DNA of 64,000 nt from a virus: positions 192,001 through 256,000 of IMG/VR virus record IMGVR_UViG_3300029374_000001; one strand, given 5' to 3'. How positions within the stretch are numbered: the stretch's first letter is position 1; every line of letters starts with the position of its first letter. The notes under the pieces were generated by a model that ran no database searches, was not told the origin of the DNA, and saw nothing but the letters and a program-made list of their open reading frames with translations. A program made the position numbers and the translations under genes. Of this stretch, positions 29,031 through 38,649 are shown one piece after another.

Positions 29031-32000
29031 ATGTCAGATAAAACTTACAATTACTCTACCACTAATATCAAGGGGTATGAGGTTTGTTATTTCAGAAATA
29101 TCTGCAACGAAATTATTCCTTATCCTGTAGATGGGTTAGATTATCTGCCTATAGATAATGGATACTATTACATTGCACAAGAAGATATTATTCTTTATAC
29201 TACGGTTAAGGGCGAATATAATCTTTGCCCTATACCGTATACTATAGATGCTATTAATAATAAAATCATTCCTAAGAATCCTAAATATAAGAAGCATAAA
29301 TTGTATTATGGATCTCGTAATCAGTTTATCTATAAACGAATTCCTATTATGACAAAGACGATGTCTTTACCATTACCCTATGCTTTCCGTTCTGGATACA
29401 ATCCAAACAATTATTTCATATTCTTAAATGGAAGACTATTAAACTCTGTATTCTATAAGATTATGATTCCTTCTTTAGATAATAATTTGATTGATCAGAA
29501 GGCTATCTATTTTACATCTGAATTAACCCCTCAGGATACATTAGATGTCTTCTATATTTCGAATAACTCATTTAATCGTATGAATGGTTCTGGTGACCTA
29601 GTTGTCAAACCATTCAAGATTAAAGCTACAGAACCTATACAAAGAAAGTTCTTAATTCCTGCTCCATATAAAGAATATCCTGTTCATGATTATAATTCAT
29701 TTATAGTTATTGCTCATGGAATTAGAATGTCTACTGATAAATATCATATCGTTAACGAAGATGATAAGTATTATATTGAATTCCCTGATGCGGATGATTA
29801 TCTGATTTATGATGATGATTTGGTATTCTTGTTTCCGTATTATAGAGCAGATTGGGAAACAACAGACGCTTTGTCTAAATCTAATACGTTAAACTTCATT
29901 ACAACGTATAAGAAGATGCCTATCGATACAGTAGAAATGACATTTGATGTTACTTCATTAGGAGATATTGTCAGCAATAATTCGGTCTATGTATTTACAG
30001 GCACAAAGTTATTAAACTCTAATGAGTATACGTTTACTGCTCCTAATAAAATTCATTTTCGTCATGTAGTTCCTGCGAATACAGAAGTTGCATTGGTTAT
30101 AGAAACAGATAGAGATAAGATTGAAGATAATAATGCATTTGTTAATTATGTCAATCTCCCAGTAGTGACTGATGGACAATGGGCATTGCAATTACCATTC
30201 TCTGATAATCCGAAGTCATATATCTTCTTTAGAAAAGGAGAATTGATTCCTCAGTCTCATTACTCTATCGTAAATAATCAATTCATTTTAGGAAGAAACT
30301 ATAACAACTTACATGCTGGAGAAACTATAACTGCTATTTATACTACAGACGGTTCTGATAACTTCAATAATGTAAACTTCCATTCTTATGAATTGGTAGC
30401 TAAAGAAGACGATCAGATTCAAATCCCCAATGAAGTAAGTTTGAGATATTCTACTTCTAATATTTTTGTCTTTATTAATAATGGATTTGTATCTCCTGCT
30501 CATTATAGTATAGCTGGGAATACCCTGAAGTTTAAAGAGAAGAATATCTTAACTAAGAATGATGATATCAATATCTTCTTATTATATAAGACGATTAATT
30601 CTCTCAGAGTACCCTATAAAGTTTCTGATAAAGATCGTATACAGTTTGTAGAGCGTCATCAAGTAGCAGAAGAGGACAATCAAAAGACATTTGAAATTCC
30701 TTATCCCGATAAAGAATTGACTGGATATTCAGATGCTCCATATATGATCTTCTTAAGAGGATTATTTGTTCCGGAATCTCAATATACCCAGACAGAAAAT
30801 AAAGATACGGATAAAAAATACATTACCTTTATAGATGATCTGGATAGTATTAAACAAGGAGATCAGATTGATTTTGTATTCTGTTATACTCCAGGATATA
30901 CAACGATCACTAAGAAGGAATACAATACTGAATTAACCTATGAAGAAACTTCTTCTATTAAACTTCCCTATGTATATATAGAACCGATCAATTTATCCGA
31001 ACGAGTTATGCTATTCTATGGTGGATCTTATATAGATGCTTCCAGATATACAATAGATAGAAATACTCGTATCGTAAAATTCAAAGACTTACCTTATGAA
31101 AAAGATAAGAAAAGAACTATAACGGCCGTATTCTTCTATACTGGAAATACCAATATAGGTACTGTAGGGTATATTCCTCAGTCTGGTTATATTTATTTTG
31201 ATGACCATCAGATTGATCGTAATCTAAATAAAGAAATGCTAATGATCTTTGTTAATGGTTTATTGGTTCCTAAATCCAATGTATTTGATATATCTAATTC
31301 TGTTAAGAAAGTAACCAGAAATCTAAAGACAAGATATGATCTGAATATCATTAATTGTTCTCCATTGGTTACAGAATTTAAGAAGCTGTATGATCCTAAG
31401 AATAATGCGTTGCATTATACGGTAAAAGTCGTACAGACTCCTAATCAGAAAATTACTATATCCAGCACATTATCTGGTAAGAAATATCATACTTCTTTCG
31501 TAGCACAAGAAAAAGATAGTCTATATATGACTATAGAAGCAGATACAGGATATAAACCTGGTAAAACTATGATTAATGGAACTCCGGGATATTATTATAG
31601 TAATTTAAATAAAGATTTGGTTGTTACGGCCACACCAGCTACATCAGTACAAATGTATACGGTAACTGTAGAACAGACTCCAAATCAGATTATTTCTGTT
31701 ACATGTAATGGAAATGTATATGTAGATTCATTTAAAGCGCCTGCTGGATCTAAATTTACTGTTAAAGTAAGTGGATCCAGAGATGGATATATTCCTGGTA
31801 ATCCGAATATAAAATCTGGAACGGTCAATGGTAATATAACCATCAAAGCCAATCCGGCTACAGTTAAGACCTTTACAATAAAGATCTTAGATCTGAATTT
31901 GGATAAACAGAGAGTATATTTATCTATTACAGATCCCGGAGGCCACACCAACGAATTTAATGCTCCATGTACCGTAGAGGGCGTTAAATATGGATCTCAG

Positions 32001-32657
32001 TTTAAATTTACGGCTGATGTTACTGATTCTACCTATCAAGTATGTAAATATATTGGTCCATTCATGATCAATAAGATTTATCATGCAGATTATAGATATC
32101 CATTAGATAACTTAGTTGCAGAGCCAGCCAAGAAGAGTATCAAACGACATATTAAACTCTATCCAGCAGTTAATGAAACATTATTTATGAATACTTGGTC
32201 TCAGTATGATGATACTAATAAGATTAGACACGAAGCCAAAGCTGATACAGATGTGTTGGAATTTGATGTATCGGATGGAGATTGCTATGAATTAGGATCT
32301 GTGGCGGATTACGGTTACGTTGCCGGTAATATAACCTGTTCTACTGGAGAATTAACTGGTATTGTAGAGTCTGATATTACAGCAGCTATAGAAGAGGCAG
32401 TAACGTTTGTTCCTATGATGATTGTTACCAGAGATACACATACATCCAGCCAATATGTTATCCAAGTATCATTTGGAGACGGATATCAAGATGTGAATGA
32501 AGGTATTTATAGTATACGTCCAGGAACAACTTATATTTGTCGAGCTATTTTACATAATGAAGTCGTATTTACTAAGAATGGTATTATGCCAGATTATAAC
32601 GTAATAGCAACAATTAAACCGGATGGCACAATTACAGTAGAGAAAGGAGTTGAATAA
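29031..32657 (+). CDS. Tail fibre/large structural protein with the same Ig-like modules near the C-terminus
   Basis: 1208 aa. AGGAGG SD. Repeats 'YTVKVVQTPNQKITIS..GYKPGK' and 'YTVTVEQTPNQIISV..GYIPGN'. Confidence 0.65.
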   Translation: MSDKTYNYSTTNIKGYEVCYFRNICNEIIPYPVDGLDYLPIDNGYYYIAQEDIILYTTVKGEYNLCPIPYTIDAINNKIIPKNPKYKKHKLYYGSRNQFIYKRIPIMTKTMSLPLPYAFRSGYNPNNYFIFLNGRLLNSVFYKIMIPSLDNNLIDQKAIYFTSELTPQDTLDVFYISNNSFNRMNGSGDLVVKPFKIKATEPIQRKFLIPAPYKEYPVHDYNSFIVIAHGIRMSTDKYHIVNEDDKYYIEFPDADDYLIYDDDLVFLFPYYRADWETTDALSKSNTLNFITTYKKMPIDTVEMTFDVTSLGDIVSNNSVYVFTGTKLLNSNEYTFTAPNKIHFRHVVPANTEVALVIETDRDKIEDNNAFVNYVNLPVVTDGQWALQLPFSDNPKSYIFFRKGELIPQSHYSIVNNQFILGRNYNNLHAGETITAIYTTDGSDNFNNVNFHSYELVAKEDDQIQIPNEVSLRYSTSNIFVFINNGFVSPAHYSIAGNTLKFKEKNILTKNDDINIFLLYKTINSLRVPYKVSDKDRIQFVERHQVAEEDNQKTFEIPYPDKELTGYSDAPYMIFLRGLFVPESQYTQTENKDTDKKYITFIDDLDSIKQGDQIDFVFCYTPGYTTITKKEYNTELTYEETSSIKLPYVYIEPINLSERVMLFYGGSYIDASRYTIDRNTRIVKFKDLPYEKDKKRTITAVFFYTGNTNIGTVGYIPQSGYIYFDDHQIDRNLNKEMLMIFVNGLLVPKSNVFDISNSVKKVTRNLKTRYDLNIINCSPLVTEFKKLYDPKNNALHYTVKVVQTPNQKITISSTLSGKKYHTSFVAQEKDSLYMTIEADTGYKPGKTMINGTPGYYYSNLNKDLVVTATPATSVQMYTVTVEQTPNQIISVTCNGNVYVDSFKAPAGSKFTVKVSGSRDGYIPGNPNIKSGTVNGNITIKANPATVKTFTIKILDLNLDKQRVYLSITDPGGHTNEFNAPCTVEGVKYGSQFKFTADVTDSTYQVCKYIGPFMINKIYHADYRYPLDNLVAEPAKKSIKRHIKLYPAVNETLFMNTWSQYDDTNKIRHEAKADTDVLEFDVSDGDCYELGSVADYGYVAGNITCSTGELTGIVESDITAAIEEAVTFVPMMIVTRDTHTSSQYVIQVSFGDGYQDVNEGIYSIRPGTTYICRAILHNEVVFTKNGIMPDYNVIATIKPDGTITVEKGVE

Positions 32658-32659
32658 GA

Positions 32660-34429
32660 GTGGGTAAGAAGTATACAAAATATGACAATATCTATGATGA
32701 TAATGAAAGAATCTATAATGATGGAGAAATCTATACAGTAGATAAAGAACATAATAAATCCGATGATCCCAAATATAAAAAATTTACTATCACTATTGTT
32801 CAACCTAACGACGCTGTAATAGAAGTAGTTACTAAAGGAAAGGAGACGGTAGTTCATACAACTACCTTCTCTGCTCCTTATGATACACGATATACAGTTC
32901 GGTTTAAAGATAATAAGAATCCTTCTGGTTTATATCTGAATTGTACAAATAATGGTAAGCTAGCCAGAGATATTACTATCAAAGCATTCACTCCAGAAGA
33001 CAAAGATAAACAAGTCTTAATGACTATAATGCAAACCGATAACCAAACTATTGTTGCTTATGGTATCACTAAGAATGCGGAAGGTAAATGGGTATATTCT
33101 GGAGAAAATTATACAGAATCATTCTTTGCTTATATTGGAAGCAAATGGAGATTTGCTGTTATTCCTAATAAAGATATAGGAGATTATTATCTCAATATCA
33201 TTCAATCTGATCATCAGACAATTACAGTCAGAGCAATGACCGGATATCATGATTATAGAGCTGGGGTATTGGTTTCTTATCCTCATGATGATAAACATGC
33301 TCCCTATACAGAAAATGATAATGATAAATATGAATATACAGCAACCTTCCAAAATTGTAGAATATTTTCTACATTAGCATTTGATAATGAAGACTTAGGA
33401 ACGATTAATCATCGGTTAGAAATTAGACACGTTCCCTATCTGAATATAACGGTAACTGATATGTATGGACGAATCTATACTAAGAGTTGTTATATGAGGG
33501 AAGGAATGACATATACCGCTAAGGTTACATCTGCTGATCGTCATTATATCTATTCCAAAGTAATTATCAATGGCGTTGTACAATCCAGCAATGAAGCCAC
33601 CGATGTATTGAATACAGATACAATCATTACGGCTTTACCAGCAGTTCCTGTATCTACGTATGTAAAATTTACTCCTCAAGTGTTTGATACGTCAATTCAA
33701 TCCAGATTAAATTATGATACCATACTTCATATGGCGATAGGAGATACTAAAGATTCATTAACTCCTTTAGATATCTATAATTACAAAAAAGTTAAAATCA
33801 ATGCTAATCCTGCTAAGTTTGGAGCGGACGATATCAAAACAGATGATCTGTATGTATCTAGGTTATCTGGTGATCATACAGGAGATACAGTTTATCCAAT
33901 TAAGTTTTCTCCCACAAAAGAATATAGTACAGGAGAAACGTATGCTGTAGAACCTAGAATTTATCATTGGTATGATAAAGAATATCACGCTGGATATATG
34001 TTGGAAATGCAGAATAAAATTTCCAATAGAGATATCAGAATCTATGGAACTGATGACACGGTTAAGTTAAGATTGATGACTTATAGCTTCGATGCAGATT
34101 CCGATATTAATGATGGTAAATTGGATATAACAGAAGATACTATTGGAAGATGGATGATTGCCTTTGATGATGTAACCAATAATGGCAATGATCCAACTGA
34201 TCTTATTAATGAAATCATTATTTATTTTTATGATGATTTAGGTCATAGAATCATTGGTAAGATTGGTAACTTTAATTATTATTCGACGTTTGCGGTCTAT
34301 AATGATGATAAAACAAATTGTCTGATATATACAAAGAAGACTCTGCATGGGCCTACAGATTCAATGTATATTAATCTACTACAACACATTAATAAACCAA
34401 TGATCGTTAGAATTGGACTTTATAAATGA
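32660..34429 (+). CDS. Tail fibre protein with N-terminal Ig-like modules
   Basis: GTG start 3 nt after the previous stop. Modules 'FTITIVQPNDAVIEVV', 'LMTIMQTDNQTIVAY' and 'YLNIIQSDHQTITV'. Confidence 0.6.
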   Translation: MGKKYTKYDNIYDDNERIYNDGEIYTVDKEHNKSDDPKYKKFTITIVQPNDAVIEVVTKGKETVVHTTTFSAPYDTRYTVRFKDNKNPSGLYLNCTNNGKLARDITIKAFTPEDKDKQVLMTIMQTDNQTIVAYGITKNAEGKWVYSGENYTESFFAYIGSKWRFAVIPNKDIGDYYLNIIQSDHQTITVRAMTGYHDYRAGVLVSYPHDDKHAPYTENDNDKYEYTATFQNCRIFSTLAFDNEDLGTINHRLEIRHVPYLNITVTDMYGRIYTKSCYMREGMTYTAKVTSADRHYIYSKVIINGVVQSSNEATDVLNTDTIITALPAVPVSTYVKFTPQVFDTSIQSRLNYDTILHMAIGDTKDSLTPLDIYNYKKVKINANPAKFGADDIKTDDLYVSRLSGDHTGDTVYPIKFSPTKEYSTGETYAVEPRIYHWYDKEYHAGYMLEMQNKISNRDIRIYGTDDTVKLRLMTYSFDADSDINDGKLDITEDTIGRWMIAFDDVTNNGNDPTDLINEIIIYFYDDLGHRIIGKIGNFNYYSTFAVYNDDKTNCLIYTKKTLHGPTDSMYINLLQHINKPMIVRIGLYK

Positions 34430-34442
34430 GGTGACGTAATCG

Positions 34443-36509
34443 ATGGCAAATGATAACTTATATTATGATAATGGCAATAAACTGGATCAATTATTGACTG
34501 AGAGTAATCTGAAAGACCATAATAATGATTCAGACGCACATAAATCTTTATTTGCCCAATATACAAAGAATAATCCGGTAGGCATTCATGGAGCTATGCA
34601 TAAATTAGGTGTTAACTTTAAGCCTACGGATGAATCTACATTGGGCTTTGCTAAGTTGGGTAATTTCTGTTGCACATATACAACTCATAACTGTTTTACC
34701 AATCAGCCGTCTCAGTTTGGACAATTGCTTAGTTATCCGACAGACGTAGATCCTGCTAAGAGTAATGATATCCGAGTAACCCAGATATGGTTTGATGGAT
34801 ATAATGGAGATGTCTTTACACGTACTGGAACTAAGAATAATCCAATTAAAGATTTAGTGTTCAGTAGATTCTATCTAGTTACAGATGAATTCAATCGATC
34901 TGGTACAGAATTTCCAATGGCTGGATTGATTCCTGGTATGTTGTATTATAGAACTGACGAACAGAAGCTGTATATATTACAGAAGATGCCGGCCGTATGG
35001 AAAGAAGTCATTGATACATCTTTGACCTCTGGTGTAGCATCTTCTTTATCTCATGCTTGGTGGAAATTAGATAATACCAATGACGATAAGTCTGTTTATA
35101 GATTTAAGAAGAATGAAGATTTAAATACATATACAACTCCTGGTTGTTATGCATCCATTGGTTCTGCATATTCTGCTACTTTGAAACATTGCCCCTATAC
35201 AGCTGGTAACTTTAGATTGGTCGTACAGGAAAATGTTAAAGGTTGGGGTATGCAATTCTTATATGCCGGCAACCAGAATGAATTATACACCAGAGGATTT
35301 TCTAAATCTCCAGATGGTACTACATATGTATTTACCAACTGGGATAAACAGATGAAATACTCTGATACAATTTCTCATGCTGTTATAGCAGATGCTGATA
35401 AATATGGTAAGCAGATTGATAAAACATATGTAAAGCTAATTGGTGGTGTAATGGAAGGTGCATTGGATGTCAGAGATCGTTTAGGATTATATGATTCCGA
35501 AATGACCTTTGGTAATCCTCCGGCAGTAAGTACTTTCAATAATTTATTCTTCTATGATAGAAATATGAATCCGATGGAAGTTATATCTTCTCGATACGAC
35601 CCAGATGGTTCTCATTATATATGCTTTGGGTCGTATAAGTCTAAAGACGATAATACATTGAATTTACTCTCTCTTGGTTGGAGTGCCTCTGGTACTCCCC
35701 AAGCATTGCTGAAATCTGATATAATATTTAATGGCAATATTAATTGTGATAGAGATATTACGGCTCAGACATTCCATGGAACGATTGATAAAGCGGAAAA
35801 GATTGAAACAACAGCCCCTGTAAATTCTGCCGTTGATTTAATTAGAGCGGGAATGGCTGGTACTGATGCATTCAGAATTAGAATTGGTGATTCTGGTAGT
35901 GATACTGGATGGGCAGAAATAGCTACATCAGATGATGGTAATGAGCCAATTTACGTTCGCCAATATACAAAAGCGACCGCAGCTCCCAATGGATCATTCT
36001 CTACTGTAAAACGCTCTGCCACACTCTTGGATGCTAATGGGGATACTGTATTCCCTGGTGTACTGACTGCACAGAAATGCGTCAATGCTATCTATAATGA
36101 CTATGCAGAATTCTTTGAAAGAGGAGAAGATACAGAAGCAGGAGATATTATTGCGTTAGATTTAACTTCTGATGAAGAAAAATATATTAAGGCAACTAAA
36201 GATTCTTCTGTTGTAGTTGGTGTACACTCTGATGAGTTTGCTTATGTTATTGGTGGTATGACTCCAGATGATACAAGAGATATTGTATCCTTTAATATGG
36301 AGAAGTATATTCCAGTTGCATTAATGGGTCGTGTTCATGTTAAAGTTGCCGGAGAAGTTCATAAGGGAGATAAGATCATTCCTTCCGATTTGGCTGGTGT
36401 CGGCAAAATCGCAAAGCCAGGCGATGATATAACCCATTATGTAGGAATTTGCTTAGAAGATAACAAAGATACAGAAATTAGAAAAGTTAGAATGCTTGTT
36501 AGGAGATAA
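34443..36509 (+). CDS. Tail fibre/spike protein (688 aa)
   Basis: GAGGTGA SD. C-terminal ~120 aa 'GDIIALD..VVGVHSDEF..GRVHVKVAGEVHKGDKI' resembles the conserved C-terminal beta-rich domain seen in many fibre/spike proteins. That similarity is from memory and unverified. Confidence 0.55.
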   Translation: MANDNLYYDNGNKLDQLLTESNLKDHNNDSDAHKSLFAQYTKNNPVGIHGAMHKLGVNFKPTDESTLGFAKLGNFCCTYTTHNCFTNQPSQFGQLLSYPTDVDPAKSNDIRVTQIWFDGYNGDVFTRTGTKNNPIKDLVFSRFYLVTDEFNRSGTEFPMAGLIPGMLYYRTDEQKLYILQKMPAVWKEVIDTSLTSGVASSLSHAWWKLDNTNDDKSVYRFKKNEDLNTYTTPGCYASIGSAYSATLKHCPYTAGNFRLVVQENVKGWGMQFLYAGNQNELYTRGFSKSPDGTTYVFTNWDKQMKYSDTISHAVIADADKYGKQIDKTYVKLIGGVMEGALDVRDRLGLYDSEMTFGNPPAVSTFNNLFFYDRNMNPMEVISSRYDPDGSHYICFGSYKSKDDNTLNLLSLGWSASGTPQALLKSDIIFNGNINCDRDITAQTFHGTIDKAEKIETTAPVNSAVDLIRAGMAGTDAFRIRIGDSGSDTGWAEIATSDDGNEPIYVRQYTKATAAPNGSFSTVKRSATLLDANGDTVFPGVLTAQKCVNAIYNDYAEFFERGEDTEAGDIIALDLTSDEEKYIKATKDSSVVVGVHSDEFAYVIGGMTPDDTRDIVSFNMEKYIPVALMGRVHVKVAGEVHKGDKIIPSDLAGVGKIAKPGDDITHYVGICLEDNKDTEIRKVRMLVRR

Positions 36510-36514
36510 TATAA

Positions 36515-37627
36515 ATGGGTAAGTTTTTAAAAAGACAAACCAAAACCATTTTTATTATGCTTGGGAATGGATGTAACTTATCCTGTATATATTGCTTACA
36601 GCATCCACTGGTTCATAAGCCACTGTCTAATAAGATCAATCCAGATATTTATGAGTTTATCAAAGAATGTAACGAAGAGAACGGGAAAGATCATCCCGTT
36701 CATCTTCAATTCTTTGGTGGAGAACCATTGGTATATTATCCTAATATAGAAGAAATCGTAGAAGCGACTAAAGATATAGGATGTACATATTCTGTTATTA
36801 CTAATGGGAAATTGATGAACGATCATATGGTTGAATTTTTTAATAAGAATAACTTTTGGGTAACTATCTCTTGGGATGGGCCTAATGTTATGAAAACCAG
36901 AGGATTTGATGCATTTGATTCGTCCTCCCCATTAAGACGTAGACTATTGCGTTTAGACCATCTATCTATTTCTGCGGTTATGTCATCTAAAGCATATCCA
37001 AAAGAAATTTTAGAAGGTATGCAAGAGATCTCCAACCAATATTATAAACTCAAAGGATATCAAGTAGGAATCAATATTGATCAGATCTTTGATACAGGAA
37101 TAACAAACAAAGAAATTCTGGATGTAGACTATCAAAGAGTCAGAGATGAAATAGAAGAGATGGGAAAAGAATTCTTATTAGATACAATCAACTCCAAATA
37201 TTCCAGAGAATCCTATACAAAGACAATGTTTATTCAAGATCTCTATAACCATATCAATCAATTCTACGGTAAACAAAATGGTGTATGGAATAAATATTAC
37301 TGCAATTGTGGTAATGGATATGCTATATTGAATATGGATTTAGAAGGAAATCTGTATACTTGTCATAATACTTCTACTAAGGTTGGGACAATATATACTC
37401 CCTATTTCCAATATCTGAATGAGGTGTTGAAAACAGATTATACAGACCATATGAGATCTACTTGTAAAGATTGTGTTGCTTTGGCATTCTGTAATGGTGG
37501 ATGTAAGTTAGTTTCTGAGCAAGCCAGAGAAGAAACATATTGCAAATTAAAAAAAGCTGTATTTGAGCCTATGTTGAATTTAATACAAGAATATGGGAAA
37601 ATGGTAGGTGAGTCAAAAAATGCCTAA
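36515..37627 (+). CDS. Radical SAM enzyme with C-terminal SPASM domain (peptide-maturase type)
   Basis: 'GCNLSCIYC' (Cx3Cx2C). 'FFGGEPL'. C-terminal 'CNCGNG..C..CKDCVALAFCNGGC' (Cx2Cx5Cx3C SPASM signature). AGGAGA SD. Confidence 0.8.
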   Translation: MGKFLKRQTKTIFIMLGNGCNLSCIYCLQHPLVHKPLSNKINPDIYEFIKECNEENGKDHPVHLQFFGGEPLVYYPNIEEIVEATKDIGCTYSVITNGKLMNDHMVEFFNKNNFWVTISWDGPNVMKTRGFDAFDSSSPLRRRLLRLDHLSISAVMSSKAYPKEILEGMQEISNQYYKLKGYQVGINIDQIFDTGITNKEILDVDYQRVRDEIEEMGKEFLLDTINSKYSRESYTKTMFIQDLYNHINQFYGKQNGVWNKYYCNCGNGYAILNMDLEGNLYTCHNTSTKVGTIYTPYFQYLNEVLKTDYTDHMRSTCKDCVALAFCNGGCKLVSEQAREETYCKLKKAVFEPMLNLIQEYGKMVGESKNA

Positions 37628-37901
37628 AAATGGAAATATACCTCAAACAGTATTCTCTAATGGAAATCAAGGAGATATTGTTAAGAAAGCATCTATACAG
37701 GAAATACGGAATGCATTAGATGCTTTGAACAATACATATGCTGCCAATGTAGATAATTGTGGAAATTGTACTTTTTGTCAAACCTGCCAGACTCAATCTT
37801 GTCAAGGATGCCAAGTGTGCCAATCTTGCCAGACAGTACATTGGATAGAGCAATGCCCATCTAAAGATTGTAATTGTGTAGATGACGCTGGTTCGGGTTA
37901 A
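37620..37901 (+). CDS. Precursor-like peptide A: leader + (CQx)n cysteine triplet-repeat core
   Basis: Core 'CGNCTFCQTCQTQSCQGCQVCQSCQT...QCPSKDCNCVDDAGSG'. Leader helix 'KASIQEIRNALDALNNTYAAN'. ATG 37620 with GGTAGGTGAG 7 nt upstream (the track's GTG is at 37608). Overlaps the rSAM gene's stop. Confidence 0.6.
   Translation: MPKNGNIPQTVFSNGNQGDIVKKASIQEIRNALDALNNTYAANVDNCGNCTFCQTCQTQSCQGCQVCQSCQTVHWIEQCPSKDCNCVDDAGSG
37757..37836 (+). repeat. Coding (TGY-CAR-NNN)n cysteine-glutamine triplet repeat, peptide A
   Basis: Seven to eight consecutive Cys-Gln-x triplets with synonymous codon variation (tgt/tgc, caa/cag). The repeat is therefore maintained at the protein level. Confidence 0.6.
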
Positions 37902-37912
37902 GAGGTGATATT

Positions 37913-38269
37913 ATGGGATATACAGATCCAGATTTAACTGGTAAACCAATAAAACGACAGCATTTAGAAGAACTCAAAACGGCTATAACTACATTAAGTT
38001 CATCTAAAAAAGTTTCTGTACCGATTAATATCTCTTCTTCTGATAAAGTAACCTCTGCAAATGTAAAAGCATTGCAGAATGCAATTCATAGTTTACAAAC
38101 CAAGTTCTCCAATAATTGCTGTCAAGCCAATTGCTGTCAGACTTGCCAGGTTTGTCAAGGATGTCAAACCTGCCAGGGTTGTCAGACATGTCAAAGTTGC
38201 CAAACCAATAAAGAATGTTATAATCCAAACTGCGATTGCAACTGTGGAGATGATGGAGGAGGAGGTTAA
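37913..38269 (+). CDS. Precursor-like peptide B: leader + (CQx)n cysteine triplet-repeat core
   Basis: Core 'CCQANCCQTCQVCQGCQTCQGCQTCQSCQT..ECYNPNCDCNCGDDGGGG'. Leader carries two copies of an L-x-x-L/I-x-x-A-I-x-x-L helix motif. AAGAGGTGA 4 nt upstream. Confidence 0.6.
   Translation: MGYTDPDLTGKPIKRQHLEELKTAITTLSSSKKVSVPINISSSDKVTSANVKALQNAIHSLQTKFSNNCCQANCCQTCQVCQGCQTCQGCQTCQSCQTNKECYNPNCDCNCGDDGGGG
38117..38205 (+). repeat. Coding (TGY-CAR-NNN)n cysteine-glutamine triplet repeat, peptide B
   Basis: Ten Cys-Gln-x triplets with variable third residue (A/T/V/G/S). Confidence 0.6.
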
Positions 38270-38649
38270 TGATGATTATTTCTGGACAAATTTTAACAAT
38301 AGATGGACCGAAAGATCTGAAAGATGTTACCAAGTTGGATTGGGTTCTCTCGGGTACTATTCCTACCAGAATTATAGATATACAGAAAACAACTGTTAAG
38401 ACATATAAAACGTTCTCTACTGTTCCCACTCTATGGGTTGGTAAAGATACAAAAATGAAGACCATACATGGGTTGATGAATATGAAAAATAAAGATGAAG
38501 CTGATTTAACCAGACCATATACAACAGATATTCATGTAGCGGCTTCTATTAAAAAATCTGATGAAGAATTAACTGGGTATATCTTTAAATTAGCCAATGG
38601 AAGTCATACCATCGTTGTAGAGAACTGTGAGGTTGAATGCGATGCTTAA
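38269..38649 (+). CDS. Hypothetical protein in rSAM cassette
   Basis: ATGATG directly after GGAGGAGGAGGTTAA of the previous gene. Confidence 0.5.
   Translation: MMIISGQILTIDGPKDLKDVTKLDWVLSGTIPTRIIDIQKTTVKTYKTFSTVPTLWVGKDTKMKTIHGLMNMKNKDEADLTRPYTTDIHVAASIKKSDEELTGYIFKLANGSHTIVVENCEVECDA

Noticed and set aside
26019-33352. Short antisense/alternative-frame ORFs inside the giant fibre genes (e.g. 26019..26204, 26477..26674, 26868..27143, 27819..28127, 31685..31951, 33119..33352)
   Set aside because: They are I/F/N/C-rich translations of AT-rich antisense sequence, without SDs, and are fully contained in well-supported long genes.
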